Assembly (NCBI GenBank): GCA_903923795.1
Contig: CAIXYX010000139.1
Location: forward strand, 1-52,303
DNA length: 52,303 nt
Origin: an uncultured Candidatus Micrarchaeota archaeon
GTDB lineage: Archaea > Micrarchaeota > Micrarchaeia > Anstonellales > Anstonellaceae
Reading direction: 5' to 3'
Below the pieces are notes generated by a model. That model was given only the letters and a program-made list of their open reading frames with translations. It did not search any database and had not been told where the DNA came from. The position numbers and the translations under genes are program-made. This document shows, in pieces, positions 8,502-18,311 of the stretch (its first letter is position 1; the number at the start of each line of letters is the position of its first letter).

Positions 8502-11237
8502 TCAGCGGCGCTCCCCGAATTCTCGCATGAATCTCTCGTATTCCATCGACTCACTGTCGGTGATGGACGGCCTTCTGCTTCCGACGAGCTGCATCACTTC
8601 CTCCGTCGAGAGGATTGGTTTCTCTTTGCTTATGTGCAGGCGCACGAGGCGAGTTTTCACTTCCTGCGCGACTGACACGAGGTCGGCGCCGGAGAAGCCG
8701 GGCGTCGCTTGGGCGAGGCGGCCGAAGTCGAGTTTCGGCAATAGCGGCGAGAGGGCCTTCTTCAATATCTCCTCGCGGCTCGCAGCATCTGGCGGCGGGA
8801 TATAGAGAATCTTGTCAAAACGGCCCGGGCGCAATAGCGCGGCATCCATCAGAGAGGGCTTGTTCGTGGCGCCGATGATTATGACATTCTTGAGCTCTTT
8901 GAGACCATCCATCTCCTGCAAGAGTTGAGTGAGTATAGGCGAGGAATAACCAGTGCGCGAGGGCGTCAAACTCTCGATTTCGTCGAAGAATATGAGCGCG
9001 GGCGTCTGCTCGCGCGCGCGGTTGAATGTCTCGCGCAGACTCTCTATGGCTGAATCAGAGCCGCCCTTTAGCAAATCTGCGCCGGAGAGCGAGAGGAATG
9101 TTGCGTTGAGCTGGTGAGATGCGGCGCGCACTATCATCGTCTTGCCGCAGCCGGGCGGTCCGAAGAGGAGAAGGCCGCGAATCGGTTTGAGCTGGTATTC
9201 GGCCATGAGTTCTGGGTGAAGAAGAGGAAGCTCGACTGCTTCATGCAATGCTTTTCTAACGTCGCCCAAGCCCACGACATCGTCCCATTTGACTTCGGCA
9301 AGATTAACCTCGGGCGCCTCCTCCTCCACGCGTCTTTCGAAGTCGAGGCGGAATTTCTCATATTCTGCCAAATGCGAGATGTGTGTCGAGGGCTTGAGGT
9401 ATTTTAGCACGGCCAGGAGATTTTTCTGCGAGAGCGCGATGATTTGGTTCTTCGCGGCCGCCTCGCGCGCAGTCTGCCGAATTGCCTCAGTCATGACGTT
9501 GGCCAAGTCCGCGCCGGAGTATCGCTCGGTCATGGAAGCAATCTTCTTGAAGTCGACATCGCCGCCGAGCGGCACGTCTTTGACATGCGAGCGCAATATC
9601 TGCTCGCGGCTGGCCAAGTCCGGCAGAGGCATGTAGATGACTTTGTCAAATCTTCCCGGTCGCAATATGGCGGCATCCAATTTGTTCGGCGCGTTCGTCG
9701 CGCCCATGACGATGACATGCTTTGTGCCAGTCGTCGGCACGCTATCCATCTCCAAAAGGAGCTGGTTCAGCGCAGTGTAATGGGCCGAATTCTCCTCGGA
9801 CATGGAGGAGCGGCTTCGCGCGATGGAGTCTATCTCGTCGAAGAATAGGATACAGGGCGCGTTCTTTCGCGCCGTGGCGAAAAGCTCGGCGATGTTCTTC
9901 TCGGTCTCGCCGAACCATTTCGAGGTGAGGTCAGAGCATTTCACGTAGTAGAAGCCAAGATTCATCTCTTTGGCCAGAGCTTTCATTATGAAAGTCTTGC
10001 CCGTGCCCGGAGGTCCGAAGAGGAGGATGCCGTTTGGCGGCTTGATGCCATATGTGACGGCGAGCTTCTTGTTCGAGAGCGGAGTGACGATGGCTTCGCG
10101 CAATTCGCGCTTGACGCTCTCATATCCGCCAACCTGCGCCAATGACTCCGGCCCGCCGGATGCGGTGGCGAGGTCCTCCACGCCAAGAAATCCGAATTTC
10201 TTTGTCTTCTCCTTGTGCCTCTCGATGCGCTCGCGCGCGATGTCGAGGTGGCCAGCTTCCATCAGGTAGAGAAGGATGAGCGTGAAGGCAGTGTAAATCA
10301 GCATCTCGTAGGGGAATGGAATATTGTACATAGATGCTATTGCGAAATGGGCGAGAGGGATGATGACGATGACCGCACCTGCCATGAGCTGGCGGTGCAC
10401 GCCCTTCACCACGCCGGGGATGTAACCGATGAGGAAGAGGGTGCCGGCCCACGCCAAGAGTTGAAGCAGAGCCGCATCCTCGACCAATAATTTGTAGCTG
10501 TTGTTGGCCACCTGCACGAGAGCCGGATTCACCATGTGGATTGTGTCGGCGCTGATGAGGTTGCCCATTGCGGAAATGGCCGCGGACGGCAAGGCCGCCA
10601 CATCGGGAATCGGCAGTCGGTCGCGCGCGAGCACAAGCTCTCCGCCCGAGGTGAGCGCCGGAGCGTAGATGCTGTTCGCAGGATCAAGGCTTTTGGTGAG
10701 CATGAATGCGGAATTTGGCGTGAGCCACAGAGTCGATAAGAGGAGGATGAAGAACACGGCAGGTAATGAGATGAAGATAGAGCGCTTCGAGCCGCCGTAC
10801 AATGCGCCCAGTGTGAGGCCGAACTGCACGAACCCTCCGAGGAAAATCAGCGGGAATGGGGCGAATGGCGCGCAGATGATGATTTCGAGAAATGATATCA
10901 GATACCAGTCTTTGAAAGCTTTGAAGAGCGTGAGACTGATGATTAGAGTATACAGCCAGGCAAAGATGGGCGCCTGGTACGCGATGGCGGGAAAGGCGAG
11001 AAGAACGCCCAAGATGGTGCCGACAAACGGGTGCTCGGGCAATGCATATGCAAGGATTCCGCATGCGCCGGCGAGGATGAAGGTGAGCCAGACGGGATAG
11101 AAATAGAAGAGGTTGAGGAGAAAGAGTGCACCCAGGAAAATGAGGAGGGCGGGCCATAATGCGTCGTTCTCCTGCAATGTTGCCTGCAGTGCTTTGAGCC
11201 TCGTGCCGCTTAGACTGGCCGGGGGTGCAGACGCCAT
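8502..11237 (-). CDS. Membrane-anchored double AAA+ ATPase (Cdc48/VCP-like D1+D2 fused to an N-terminal polytopic membrane domain)
   Basis: Two AAA modules: GILLFGPPGTGKT...ILFFDEID and GLLLFGPPGCGKT...LIFFDEIE. The first ~370 aa are almost entirely hydrophobic helices. The start is set at ATG 11237 because the ORF-track extension runs into tRNA-Arg. Confidence 0.85.
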   Translation of the reverse strand: MASAPPASLSGTRLKALQATLQENDALWPALLIFLGALFLLNLFYFYPVWLTFILAGACGILAYALPEHPFVGTILGVLLAFPAIAYQAPIFAWLYTLIISLTLFKAFKDWYLISFLEIIICAPFAPFPLIFLGGFVQFGLTLGALYGGSKRSIFISLPAVFFILLLSTLWLTPNSAFMLTKSLDPANSIYAPALTSGGELVLARDRLPIPDVAALPSAAISAMGNLISADTIHMVNPALVQVANNSYKLLVEDAALLQLLAWAGTLFLIGYIPGVVKGVHRQLMAGAVIVIIPLAHFAIASMYNIPFPYEMLIYTAFTLILLYLMEAGHLDIARERIERHKEKTKKFGFLGVEDLATASGGPESLAQVGGYESVKRELREAIVTPLSNKKLAVTYGIKPPNGILLFGPPGTGKTFIMKALAKEMNLGFYYVKCSDLTSKWFGETEKNIAELFATARKNAPCILFFDEIDSIARSRSSMSEENSAHYTALNQLLLEMDSVPTTGTKHVIVMGATNAPNKLDAAILRPGRFDKVIYMPLPDLASREQILRSHVKDVPLGGDVDFKKIASMTERYSGADLANVMTEAIRQTAREAAAKNQIIALSQKNLLAVLKYLKPSTHISHLAEYEKFRLDFERRVEEEAPEVNLAEVKWDDVVGLGDVRKALHEAVELPLLHPELMAEYQLKPIRGLLLFGPPGCGKTMIVRAASHQLNATFLSLSGADLLKGGSDSAIESLRETFNRAREQTPALIFFDEIESLTPSRTGYSSPILTQLLQEMDGLKELKNVIIIGATNKPSLMDAALLRPGRFDKILYIPPPDAASREEILKKALSPLLPKLDFGRLAQATPGFSGADLVSVAQEVKTRLVRLHISKEKPILSTEEVMQLVGSRRPSITDSESMEYERFMREFGERR

Positions 11238-11278
11238 AGGAGCGAAAAGGCATGTATTGTTTTTAAAACGAGAATAAC

Positions 11279-11352
11279 GGGCTCGGCAGGATTTGAACCC
11301 ACGACCTGCTGGTCCGAAGCCAGCCGCTCTATCCAAACTGAGCTACGAGCCC
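11279..11352 (-). tRNA. tRNA-Arg (anticodon TCG)
   Basis: The minus strand reads GGGCTCG TA GCTC AGTTTGGATA GAGC G GCTGG CTTCGGA CCAGC AGGTC GTGGG TTCAAAT CCTGC CGAGCCC. This gives a full cloverleaf with no encoded CCA. Confidence 0.9.
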
Positions 11353-11403
11353 GTAATATTATAATTACAGTAGCGGCGGTTTTATTCCTATAGGGGTCCG
11401 TCG

Positions 11404-12606
11404 CTATTTTTTCTGTCTCTTCTTCACCTGCGCTTTCAAATCCTGCAGCACGTTCATGTAATTTATGAACGACTCAAATGGAGATTCGTACGGCGAGAAA
11501 TAGTTGTGCACGTCCTGGTCGGAGAGGGATTTGGTGCAGCAGTAATAGAGATGGTCGGAGTTCTGCAGATGCCGCCACGTGCGCAGCAAATCAGGGTCGT
11601 TGAGTGCTTTCACCGGCGCCTCGAGGCTCGTCAATTCGCTAAAGGCCGCGCGTTGCATGTCATTGCCAAGCCACGCAGAGGTGTCGCGCTCGTTGTCGGC
11701 CCAGCTTATCACAGATGGCGCAGCCACCTCGCCCTTTGGCTCTACAGTAGTCGCGATGTCGGTCGGCGTGGCGAAAGACAAGTGATTATATTTCGAGATT
11801 TCGCCGGGCAGCTCTTTTAGAAAACTGAATATGCCGGTGTCCTCCCAGTGGTGCTCGCCGAAAGTCTCGTAATCCATGAAAAGATTCACGCAGTCCCCCT
11901 GCAAGTCAGAGAGCCATTTGGCGTATTTCGGCGCCGTGAGGGGGTATTCGTTCCAGCTTTTCTGCGAGAATCGGTAGCCTATGTCGTCCGAGAGTTTGTA
12001 ATGGCGCAAGAGTGCGCGGATGTTCGAGCAGCCCTGCACAGAATAGGCGTATGTCGGCGAGCGCCAGCCCAGCATCTGGTCAAGCCCCTCGGCCATGATG
12101 CCCTTGTATCCCATCGACTCGGCCCAATGCGCTATGTCGTTCGAGAACATGGCCTCGGTGTTTCGGAACACTGACGGCTTGGCGCAGAATGGGGCGATGG
12201 CGGCCTGGTGCAATTTCACCTGCTCGGTGAATTCGGTCTTCTCGGTGAAGAGGGATGAGAGCGAATGGTAGTAAGTCTCGGAGAGGAATTCGACGCGCCC
12301 CGTGCGTCCGAGAGCTGCAAAAGATTCCGCCACTTCGGGCATGTAGAGGCGCGCCTGCTCAAGAAATACGCCGGTGATGGAGAAGCTGACTTTCATCTCG
12401 GGATGTTTTTCCAGGAGTTCAAGCAAGAGGCGGTTGGCTGGAAGATAGCATTTGCTCGCCACTTTCGCCATGATTTGCCGATTCAGGTCGTGGTTGAAAT
12501 AGCGCTGGAACAACTCATCGCCGCCGCCCGCCGCACCGGATTCGAACACCGAGAATGGGGCGAGGCGCATCGGCTGATGGACCTGGAAATAAAAGCAGAC
12601 TTTCAT
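11404..12606 (-). CDS. Glycoside hydrolase family 57 (alpha-amylase / amylopullulanase-like)
   Basis: N-terminus VCFYFQVHQPMRL, KCYLPANRLLLELL and SFSITGVFLEQ match GH57 conserved regions. Confidence 0.85.
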   Translation of the reverse strand: MKVCFYFQVHQPMRLAPFSVFESGAAGGGDELFQRYFNHDLNRQIMAKVASKCYLPANRLLLELLEKHPEMKVSFSITGVFLEQARLYMPEVAESFAALGRTGRVEFLSETYYHSLSSLFTEKTEFTEQVKLHQAAIAPFCAKPSVFRNTEAMFSNDIAHWAESMGYKGIMAEGLDQMLGWRSPTYAYSVQGCSNIRALLRHYKLSDDIGYRFSQKSWNEYPLTAPKYAKWLSDLQGDCVNLFMDYETFGEHHWEDTGIFSFLKELPGEISKYNHLSFATPTDIATTVEPKGEVAAPSVISWADNERDTSAWLGNDMQRAAFSELTSLEAPVKALNDPDLLRTWRHLQNSDHLYYCCTKSLSDQDVHNYFSPYESPFESFINYMNVLQDLKAQVKKRQKK

Positions 12607-12618
12607 CGCTAAACCTCG

Positions 12619-13818
12619 TCAGATTTTTTTATAAGCGAGCATCGCTTCAGTATAGACATCCTCGGTCTCCTTCGCGCATTTCTCCCATGTCAGTTTCTTC
12701 AAATCGTCCGGGCCCATGCTCACCATGGTATCGCGCAATGGCGCGTAATCAAGCACAGCCAGTATCTTGCCGGCCATGCCCTGTATGTCCCAGAAATCGA
12801 CCTTGAGCGCGGACTTGACAACTTCGCCGACGCCCGAAGTCTTGGAGATTATGATGGGCGTGCCGGATGCCATGGCCTCGAGCGCAGTTATTCCGAACGG
12901 CTCGGATGTGGAGGGCATGACATAGACATCGGCCGCCGAATAGATGCGCTTCTGGTCCTCGTCGGGGAGGAAACCCAAAAAGCGCACATGCTCTGACAAG
13001 CCCAGTTCGAGGGAGAGCGAGATGAGCAACGGGAGAAGCTCGCCGCTCCCCGCCACGAAGAAGATGACATCAGACCGTTTGTCGAGCACTTTCTTCGCCG
13101 CATGCAGAAATTGCACCGGGCCCTTTTGCTCGGTGAGCCTCCCTAAGAAAAGGACAACATGCTTTCCATCAGTCTGCACGCTGAGTTTTGGTTTCGGTTC
13201 GGCGGCTTGATGAATACCGGGATATTTGCCGGCATCCACGCCGTTGTACACCACGCGTATTTTCGAGCTGTTCGCGCCCAAATGAGAAACAAGCTGGTCT
13301 CGCGTGCGCGCCGACACGGCGATGATGAGATTGGCGTCTTCTGCCGCCTGCCTCTCGATGCGCACTATGGAGTCCCAAGGCGTCGAGGTGCGGTCGAATT
13401 CTGTCGAATGAAATGTCTGCACAAGAGGCCGACGGATGAGGCTGCGCGCCTTCTCGCCCCCAGGCGCGGTGAGCCAGTCATGGCAGTGGATGACGTCATA
13501 GGGGATTTTGGCGTGCTCATCCCCGACCATTTTGGCGGCCTGCAGGTTGTACACCTCGACGGCCTTAATCAGCCCCTCGCCATAGGTGGCCAGTTTGCCT
13601 TTTTTGTTGAAAGAGAAATACGGCTGCAGGACGGATGGGGAGGTCTCGATGAGGCGGATGGATGCGTGCGGGCTCGAGAGGGTTTTTCCGCTCGACGGCA
13701 GATAGAAGTCGATTTTGTGCCCCATGTTTGCGAGGCGTTGCGTTAGCTCGAAGCAGTGGACGCCCAATCCCCCCGAGATGAATGGCGGGAATTCCCAGCC
13801 CAGCATGGCTATGCGCAT
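12619..13818 (-). CDS. Glycogen synthase-like GT-B glycosyltransferase
   Basis: MRIAMLGWEFPPFISGGLGVH N-terminus. C-terminal E-x7-E region is PSTSEPFGITALEAMASG. It lies 12 nt upstream of the GH57 gene on the same strand. Confidence 0.8.
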   Translation of the reverse strand: MRIAMLGWEFPPFISGGLGVHCFELTQRLANMGHKIDFYLPSSGKTLSSPHASIRLIETSPSVLQPYFSFNKKGKLATYGEGLIKAVEVYNLQAAKMVGDEHAKIPYDVIHCHDWLTAPGGEKARSLIRRPLVQTFHSTEFDRTSTPWDSIVRIERQAAEDANLIIAVSARTRDQLVSHLGANSSKIRVVYNGVDAGKYPGIHQAAEPKPKLSVQTDGKHVVLFLGRLTEQKGPVQFLHAAKKVLDKRSDVIFFVAGSGELLPLLISLSLELGLSEHVRFLGFLPDEDQKRIYSAADVYVMPSTSEPFGITALEAMASGTPIIISKTSGVGEVVKSALKVDFWDIQGMAGKILAVLDYAPLRDTMVSMGPDDLKKLTWEKCAKETEDVYTEAMLAYKKI

Positions 13819-13914
13819 AAATGACCCCGAACACTCCCAAAACCTGATGGAGGAGCGAATGGAGCGGGGAGTTAAAAAGATGTCTTTTTATGCCTCGGCG
13901 GAGAATAATTGGGT

Positions 13915-14727
13915 ATGGATGGAAAAATCTCACCGCCAAATACCGCGGCGCTTTTCGACGTGCACACCCACCACCCCGAAAAAACAACAATTGGCGCAAA
14001 GCATTCGTTCGTCGCGTCGGGCTTCTCGCACGAGTCGAATGAGGAAGTGATTGCTTATTCGAGGAAGACCGGCTGCCTGTTCTCTTATGGCTTGGGGCCG
14101 CAGGAGATACAACGGGAAGACAGATATCCGGACCTGGAGAAAGCGATTGGCGCAATCGAGAAGCAGGTCGAAAATGCCATGGCTGATGCCGCACTTCGAA
14201 ACAGGCTGGTTGCCATCGGCGAAGTGGGCCTCGACAAACACTGGGGCAAGACGACGGCGGAGCGCGAGCGGCAGTTTTTGGCACTTGAGAGGATGATAAC
14301 GCTCGCGGGCCGCCATTCGCTCCCGCTCATCATCCATTCACGAGACGCGGAAAGCGAATGCATCAGGCAATTGCTCGCGGCGCAGGCGTTGCACGCGTCC
14401 GGCGGGCCGCGGCCATCAGCGGTCGCACATGCGAGCGGCCTGCGCATCATCATGCACTGCTTCGGCGGCAAATTGGAGGAGGCGAAATTGGCGGCTAACG
14501 CGGGCTGGCTCATCTCCATCCCCCCGCAGGCGAATTCGGAGAGGAAAAGAATAATCAAGGCGCTGCCAATCGAATCGCTCGTTGTCGAATCCGACGCGCC
14601 ATACATCGGCAAAACGAGCGAAGACACGATGAAAAGCGCGGAGATGATTGCGCGATACAAGGAGATGGAATTGGAGGACGTGCTGAAGAAGACGGCGGAG
14701 AATGCGCGAAAGATTTTTCGATTCTAA
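13915..14727 (+). CDS. TatD-family metal-dependent hydrolase
   Basis: Motifs LFDVHTHH, IGEVGLDKHW, PLIIHSRDAE, MHCFGG and VVESDAPY. The TATA-like TCTTTTTATG sits about 27 nt before ATG 13915. Confidence 0.85.
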   Translation: MDGKISPPNTAALFDVHTHHPEKTTIGAKHSFVASGFSHESNEEVIAYSRKTGCLFSYGLGPQEIQREDRYPDLEKAIGAIEKQVENAMADAALRNRLVAIGEVGLDKHWGKTTAERERQFLALERMITLAGRHSLPLIIHSRDAESECIRQLLAAQALHASGGPRPSAVAHASGLRIIMHCFGGKLEEAKLAANAGWLISIPPQANSERKRIIKALPIESLVVESDAPYIGKTSEDTMKSAEMIARYKEMELEDVLKKTAENARKIFRF

Positions 14728-14760
14728 CGGCGGCAAGCCACAGGATGGGAAGTGAGTGAG

Positions 14761-15384
14761 ATGGGCCACCAGAAATTCAACGCGAAAAAAATCATGAATT
14801 CAGTCTGCACAAAAAGCGAGGGCATAGACGGCAAACCGTACTTTCCCCCCGGCTCGAGGGAATTTCGGGTATTGGGCGTGCTCAATGGCACCAAGGCGGA
14901 ATTCGAGCGGATGGCCGGCGTGCTCGAGAATCAGGCGCCTGCCCATTCATATCATATCAAGGTGGCCGCCAACATGCTCTGGGGCTGCGAGAAGTGGGCC
15001 TATGCTGCAGGGGTTGAGAGCCGTCATTTCACGCAAGAACTCAAATACATGGTCGAACTCGCATACAGGACGCTGTATGTCATCCACCAGACAGAAGGCA
15101 AGACTCCGGAATCGCGGGAGAAGGTGTCGATGGTCCTTATAGCATATGCCGGGAGATCCGACCACCCCGGCCTGCCGACCGCGATTATCCGTTTCTTTGC
15201 GCAGTTGGGGCAGGAGAGGGAGAAAGAAGGGGATTTGGACGGGAAGATTTGGATGGGGGAGAGAATCGCAGATGTCATGGACATTGCCGAATCGAGGCGG
15301 GAGATTGACCCCGGATGGAACGAGGTGATGAGAGAGGGTTATCGGGCGCTCGACAAGCTCGGCCTTGAGATGGAGATTGCGTGA
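14761..15384 (+). CDS. Hypothetical protein
   Basis: 207-aa ORF with ATG 14761 preceded by GGAAGTGAG. No recognisable motif. Confidence 0.55.
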   Translation: MGHQKFNAKKIMNSVCTKSEGIDGKPYFPPGSREFRVLGVLNGTKAEFERMAGVLENQAPAHSYHIKVAANMLWGCEKWAYAAGVESRHFTQELKYMVELAYRTLYVIHQTEGKTPESREKVSMVLIAYAGRSDHPGLPTAIIRFFAQLGQEREKEGDLDGKIWMGERIADVMDIAESRREIDPGWNEVMREGYRALDKLGLEMEIA

Positions 15385-15466
15385 TTTTGGGAAAAACCAT
15401 ATATACTACGAGCAGATGATTATACATTACGCGATTGAATCCGCTTAGGCGCCAAGGTTGGGTCTT

Positions 15467-16438
15467 ATGTCCATCAAGATAGACAATCTCACCAAGAAGT
15501 TCGGCCACCTCATCGCCGTAGATAATCTCTCACTCGAGATTAACAAGGGCGAGATTTTCGGCCTTCTTGGCCCGAACGGCGCGGGCAAAACAACGCTTCT
15601 CTCCATGCTCGGCGTGCTCGTGATTCCGACGAGCGGTTCAGCGACCGTTGACGGACATGACATAGTGCGCGAGCCGCTGGCCGTGCGCCGGTGCATCGGC
15701 ATGGTGTTTCAGGGCGGCTCTTTGGACAACCTCCTCACGGCGCGCGAGAACCTCGAATTGCATGCGCGCCTTTTCGGAGTGCCAAAAGAGATGCGAAAAA
15801 AACGCATCGCCGAGGCGCTCGAGCTCGTCGAGCTGACAGATAGGGCAGATGACCGCGCGGGGAATTTCTCCGGCGGCATGAAGCGGCGCCTCGAAATCGC
15901 GCGGGCCCTGCTCCATCATCCGGCAGTGCTCTATCTTGACGAGCCCACCGTAGGGCTAGACCCGCAGACGAGAGAGCATATCTGGGCGTACATAAAGAAA
16001 CTGGCAAAGGCCGAGAGCATGACCATCATACTCACAACGCATTACATGGAGGAGGCCGACCTGCTCTGCGATCGGATAGCGCTCATAGACCATGGAAAGA
16101 TAGTTGCGCTCGACACGCCCGCGGGCCTGAAGAAGCGGATGGGCGGGGATCGGGTGAAATTGAAATGCGCCAAAGCTTGCAGCACCGCAACGCTCGAGCG
16201 CCTGCGCAAACTTCCGTTCGTCAAATCAGTCTCGGCTGAAGAAGGCCATCTGACCCTTGTGGTGGAGAATGCCCCCTTGCATTTGCAGAACATATTGCAT
16301 GAGGCGGGAGCTGTCGAGGAGGTGCATGTGCTGCCCGCCTCGCTCAACGAGGTGTTCCTCCAATTCACGGGGCACGAGATAAGAAACGAGTCGGCCGAAG
16401 AGGACGACGCGCAGTCGCAGTGGTCGGCGCACCGGTAG
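15467..16438 (+). CDS. ABC transporter ATP-binding protein (ABC-2/DrrA type)
   Basis: Walker A GPNGAGKTT, signature FSGGMKRRLEIA and Walker B VLYLDEPTVGLD. Confidence 0.9.
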   Translation: MSIKIDNLTKKFGHLIAVDNLSLEINKGEIFGLLGPNGAGKTTLLSMLGVLVIPTSGSATVDGHDIVREPLAVRRCIGMVFQGGSLDNLLTARENLELHARLFGVPKEMRKKRIAEALELVELTDRADDRAGNFSGGMKRRLEIARALLHHPAVLYLDEPTVGLDPQTREHIWAYIKKLAKAESMTIILTTHYMEEADLLCDRIALIDHGKIVALDTPAGLKKRMGGDRVKLKCAKACSTATLERLRKLPFVKSVSAEEGHLTLVVENAPLHLQNILHEAGAVEEVHVLPASLNEVFLQFTGHEIRNESAEEDDAQSQWSAHR

Positions 16439-16483
16439 AAGAATGGAGATTTGGGGAAGAAGGCAATACTTAGGGGTTTGTTC

Positions 16484-17239
16484 ATGTCAGCACTCGAAGG
16501 CATTCTGGCTATTTGGCAGCGCGAATTCATAGTCTACACGCGCGAGCGGGAGCGCTCCATATCGTCCGTGGTCACGCCGCTGATTTGGCTTTTTGCGTTT
16601 GGCGCGGGCCTCGGCGCGTCAATCTCGATTTCGGGCCTGAACTACCAGCAATTCATATTCCCCGGCATAATGGCCATGAACGTGCTCTTCACGTCGATGT
16701 TCTATGGCATGTATGTGGTGTGGGACAAGAAACTGGATGTGCTAAAGGAAATCCTCATCGCGCCGCAGCCGAGGTGGGTGGCATTCACGGGAAAAGTGCT
16801 TGGCGGATTGACCATCTGCGCGGTGCAGGTCACCATACTGATGATTGTCGGCGCGCTGTTCATGAACATCCCAATCACTCCGATGTCATATTTGTTCGCC
16901 TTGTTCGGGGCTTTGCTCTTCGGCGTGGGCAGCGCATCATTGGGGCTTTTCATCGGCGCCAACCTCAACTCGCCGGATTCGTTCAGCCTTGTGATGAGCT
17001 TTGTGATGTGGCCGCTCTTCCTCACATCGGGGGCGCTCTACACCATCGACAAGCTGCCCGCTTATCTGCACGCTGTCGTGTCGGTGAACCCGATGGCGTA
17101 CGGCGTTGATTTGATGCGCGGCGCGCTCCTTGGCACATGGAATTATGGGCCGATGCTTGATGTCGGCGTGCTGCTGCTGTTTGGCGCGGTGTTCTTCTGG
17201 CTTGGCAAGTCGGCATTCGAGAAGATGAATCTGGGATGA
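16484..17239 (+). CDS. ABC-2 type transporter permease
   Basis: About 6 TM helices, directly downstream of the ATPase. ATG 16484 is preceded by TAGGGGT. Confidence 0.85.
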   Translation: MSALEGILAIWQREFIVYTRERERSISSVVTPLIWLFAFGAGLGASISISGLNYQQFIFPGIMAMNVLFTSMFYGMYVVWDKKLDVLKEILIAPQPRWVAFTGKVLGGLTICAVQVTILMIVGALFMNIPITPMSYLFALFGALLFGVGSASLGLFIGANLNSPDSFSLVMSFVMWPLFLTSGALYTIDKLPAYLHAVVSVNPMAYGVDLMRGALLGTWNYGPMLDVGVLLLFGAVFFWLGKSAFEKMNLG

Positions 17240-17317
17240 GGGACAGATAGGGCTGGCCATGGCGAACAGGACGCACGCCGGGGAAGAAATAGTTTTATAT
17301 GCCTCCGCCGTGTTGTA

Positions 17318-17805
17318 TGAGCATGACAAACTCCTTTTTTGACCGCCTGTTCGGGGCCACCCCGAAAATCGCGCATCCGTACCACCCCAACCGCAGAATC
17401 GCGCTTCTGGTAGATGGGCCCAACATTATCAGACGGGATGTGCGCATCGACTTGCTCTCCGTGCGAAAGCTTGTCGAGCAGCACGGGCAGATTAAAGTTG
17501 CCAAAGTGTTCTTGGACCAGTACGCCTCCGACAAGCTAATCGAGGCCATGGTGAATCAGGGCTATGAACCGGTGCTCACAACCGGCGATGTTGACGTGAC
17601 AATGGCGGTCGAGGCGGCGGTGCAGGCATTCAACCCGCACATCGACACCATCGCGCTCATGACGCGCGACATAGACTTTAGGCCCGTTTTGGTGAAAGCG
17701 AAAGAGCTTGGCAAGAGCACGATTGTCATCGGAACAGAACCGGGCTTTTCGGTCGGATTGAGGAACACGGCAGATATAGTGATAATCGCGCCAAGCACTA
17801 AATGA
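17318..17805 (+). CDS. NYN/LabA-like (PIN-fold) domain protein
   Basis: IALLVDGPNIIRRDV ... GDVDVTMAVEA ... IALMTRDIDFRPVL matches the archaeal NYN (TIGR00288-like) pattern. The start is uncertain (17299, 17318 or 17324). Confidence 0.7.
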
Positions 17806-17861
17806 GCGGGACAAAACCTGTTTGCGCGCCTCATTCTACAACGTCGTTGTCCTCACGGCAC

Positions 17862-17870
17862 ATTTATAAA
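17862..17870 (+). promoter_or_regulatory. TATA box candidate for the pilus-like operon
   Basis: ATTTATAAA lies about 50 nt before ATG 17919, leaving a short leader that carries a GGAGGGG SD (17907-17913). Confidence 0.4.
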
Positions 17871-17918
17871 TCTCACAAGATTAGCACGGGCCATACCCGA
17901 AAAGATGGAGGGGTTTTG

Positions 17919-18299
17919 ATGTCACGTTGGATGGTTTTCCCTATTTTGGCGCTTATCTTGGCTGTCTCGCTCACGCCCGTAGCCTTCGCGCAGGAGGTGA
18001 ACAACACCACCATCAATGCGTCCGGTGATAGCAGCAGCGTGACATACGAGACGAACCCGCTCTCTGACAAGAATGGCAAGATTTGTGTGTTCATAACAGA
18101 CTGGGTGCTGCGCGCGGTGTTCATGGTCGTGCTGCTCGTCTTCATCTGCGGCGTGGCCATCATCTCGGGCGCGGCATTCCCCGAATGGAGAAACTACGGC
18201 TCCAAGATGATCTTGGGCTCGCTCGGCGCGGTCGTGCTGTATATAATAGGCATCGCGGCGCTCAAATTCCTCATGGGCATGAGCCTGTGCGGGCTTTAG
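17919..18299 (+). CDS. Small secreted two-helix membrane protein, VirB2/TrbC/CedA1-like pilin candidate
   Basis: Signal peptide MSRWMVFPILALILAVSLTPVAFA|QE. A ~35-aa Asn/Ser/Thr-rich segment follows, then two hydrophobic helices joined by the short loop PEWRNYGSK. The ORF-track 5' extension overlaps the NYN gene. Confidence 0.6.
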   Translation: MSRWMVFPILALILAVSLTPVAFAQEVNNTTINASGDSSSVTYETNPLSDKNGKICVFITDWVLRAVFMVVLLVFICGVAIISGAAFPEWRNYGSKMILGSLGAVVLYIIGIAALKFLMGMSLCGL

Positions 18300-18311
18300 G
18301 GGGGATGGGGT

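Noticed and set aside
11238-11336. N-terminal extension of the AAA+ ORF (MDRAAGFGPAGRGFKS...).
   Set aside because: It is the reverse translation of tRNA-Arg (11279-11352). The hydrophobic protein body starts plausibly at ATG 11237.
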